A DNA stretch of 32,000 bases. It comes from Halogeometricum borinquense DSM 11551. GTDB lineage: Archaea; Halobacteriota; Halobacteria; Halobacteriales; Haloferacaceae. Of this stretch, positions 31,815 to 32,000 are shown piece after piece. The position numbers and the translations under genes are program-made. Within the stretch, counting starts at the first letter, position 1; every line of letters begins with the position of its first letter. The notes under the pieces were generated by a model. It searched no databases and was not told where the DNA came from. It saw nothing but the letters and a program-made list of their open reading frames with translations. The stretch lies in assembly GCF_000172995.2 (NCBI RefSeq), contig NC_014729.1, forward strand, positions 600,001 through 632,000, read 5' to 3'.

Positions 31815-32000
31815 ATGGTTTTCGGTCGTTGTCGCCGGAGTCCGTCAGTGGTGACAGGCAACTTCTCGTGGCTGAATGCGCTCTCTGCCGTGCAGGCGAT
31901 TGCGACGTTCAGCGATGGTGTGCTTACGTCGCTTCTGCCAGTTGCTGCCCCGACGGCCGCGCCGACGCCGGTTCCGCTGCGAGCGATTTCGGTCCTCGTC
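31815..32000 (+). CDS. possible 5' end of a plus-strand gene that runs off the right edge (62 codons visible), function unknown
   Basis: Not in the track because it is edge-truncated. Hand translation from the ATG at 31815 gives MVFGRCRRSPSVVTGNFSWLNALSAVQAIATFSDGVLTSLLPVAAPTAAPTPVPLRAISVLV with no stop. GTG alternatives lie at 31848 and 31851. The antisense frame is also open and shares the same third positions, so coding potential cannot be resolved here. Confidence 0.25.
   Translation, partial: MVFGRCRRSPSVVTGNFSWLNALSAVQAIATFSDGVLTSLLPVAAPTAAPTPVPLRAISVLV

Noticed and set aside
31787-32000. Long N-terminal extension of the FAH gene, or a separate minus-strand gene (frame open to the window edge, TRTEIARSGTGVGAAVGAATG...)
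   Set aside because: FAH-family proteins start at the MRLARI-type motif found at the ATG at 31786. There is no ATG, GTG or TTG codon in the open frame upstream of the TTG at 31861. There is also no stop that would allow a separate upstream minus-strand gene. A plus-strand gene start is the more economical reading, though it remains low confidence.

Overview
This is a GC-rich segment with an acidic proteome, and it looks like core chromosome of a haloarchaeon (class Halobacteria). The evidence is a CetZ tubulin homologue, two Htr-type chemotaxis transducers, Tat/lipobox secreted proteins, and TATA boxes placed about 27 nt upstream of start codons, as expected for leaderless mRNAs. I support about 38 protein-coding genes, one tRNA-Leu(UAA), two perfect or near-perfect 3x18-bp tandem repeats, and a few promoter and terminator signals. 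Most genes are housekeeping or metabolic: tmk, an E1-alpha, TrkA, cyclophilin, an M20 amidohydrolase, siroheme decarboxylase, msrB, HAD, FAH, and PNPOx-like. I see no CRISPR array, transposase, integrase or recognisable defence gene. I cannot point to a clear-cut new system. Two technical notes on the ORF track. It prints GTG and TTG starts as M (checked: 1475, 19061 and 29956 are GTG; 25125, 26126 and 31861 are TTG). It also omits ORFs cut by the window edge. I therefore re-picked several starts and added two edge-truncated genes by hand translation. The candidates for something undescribed, best first: (1) a tandem pair of gapless 271-aa paralogues with no motif I can place (29141-30967); (2) a single-domain KaiC/RecA-like ATPase translationally coupled to a 137-aa acidic partner (23953-25074); (3) a perfect 3x18-bp repeat just upstream of msrB; (4) a 28-bp duplication of the tRNA-Leu 3' end only 101 bp away, which looks like an att scar; (5) a strongly structured 390-bp intergenic region that may encode an sRNA; (6) an acidic repeat protein coupled to a 4-TM protein. 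All functional calls come from motif recognition by eye. No database search was run.
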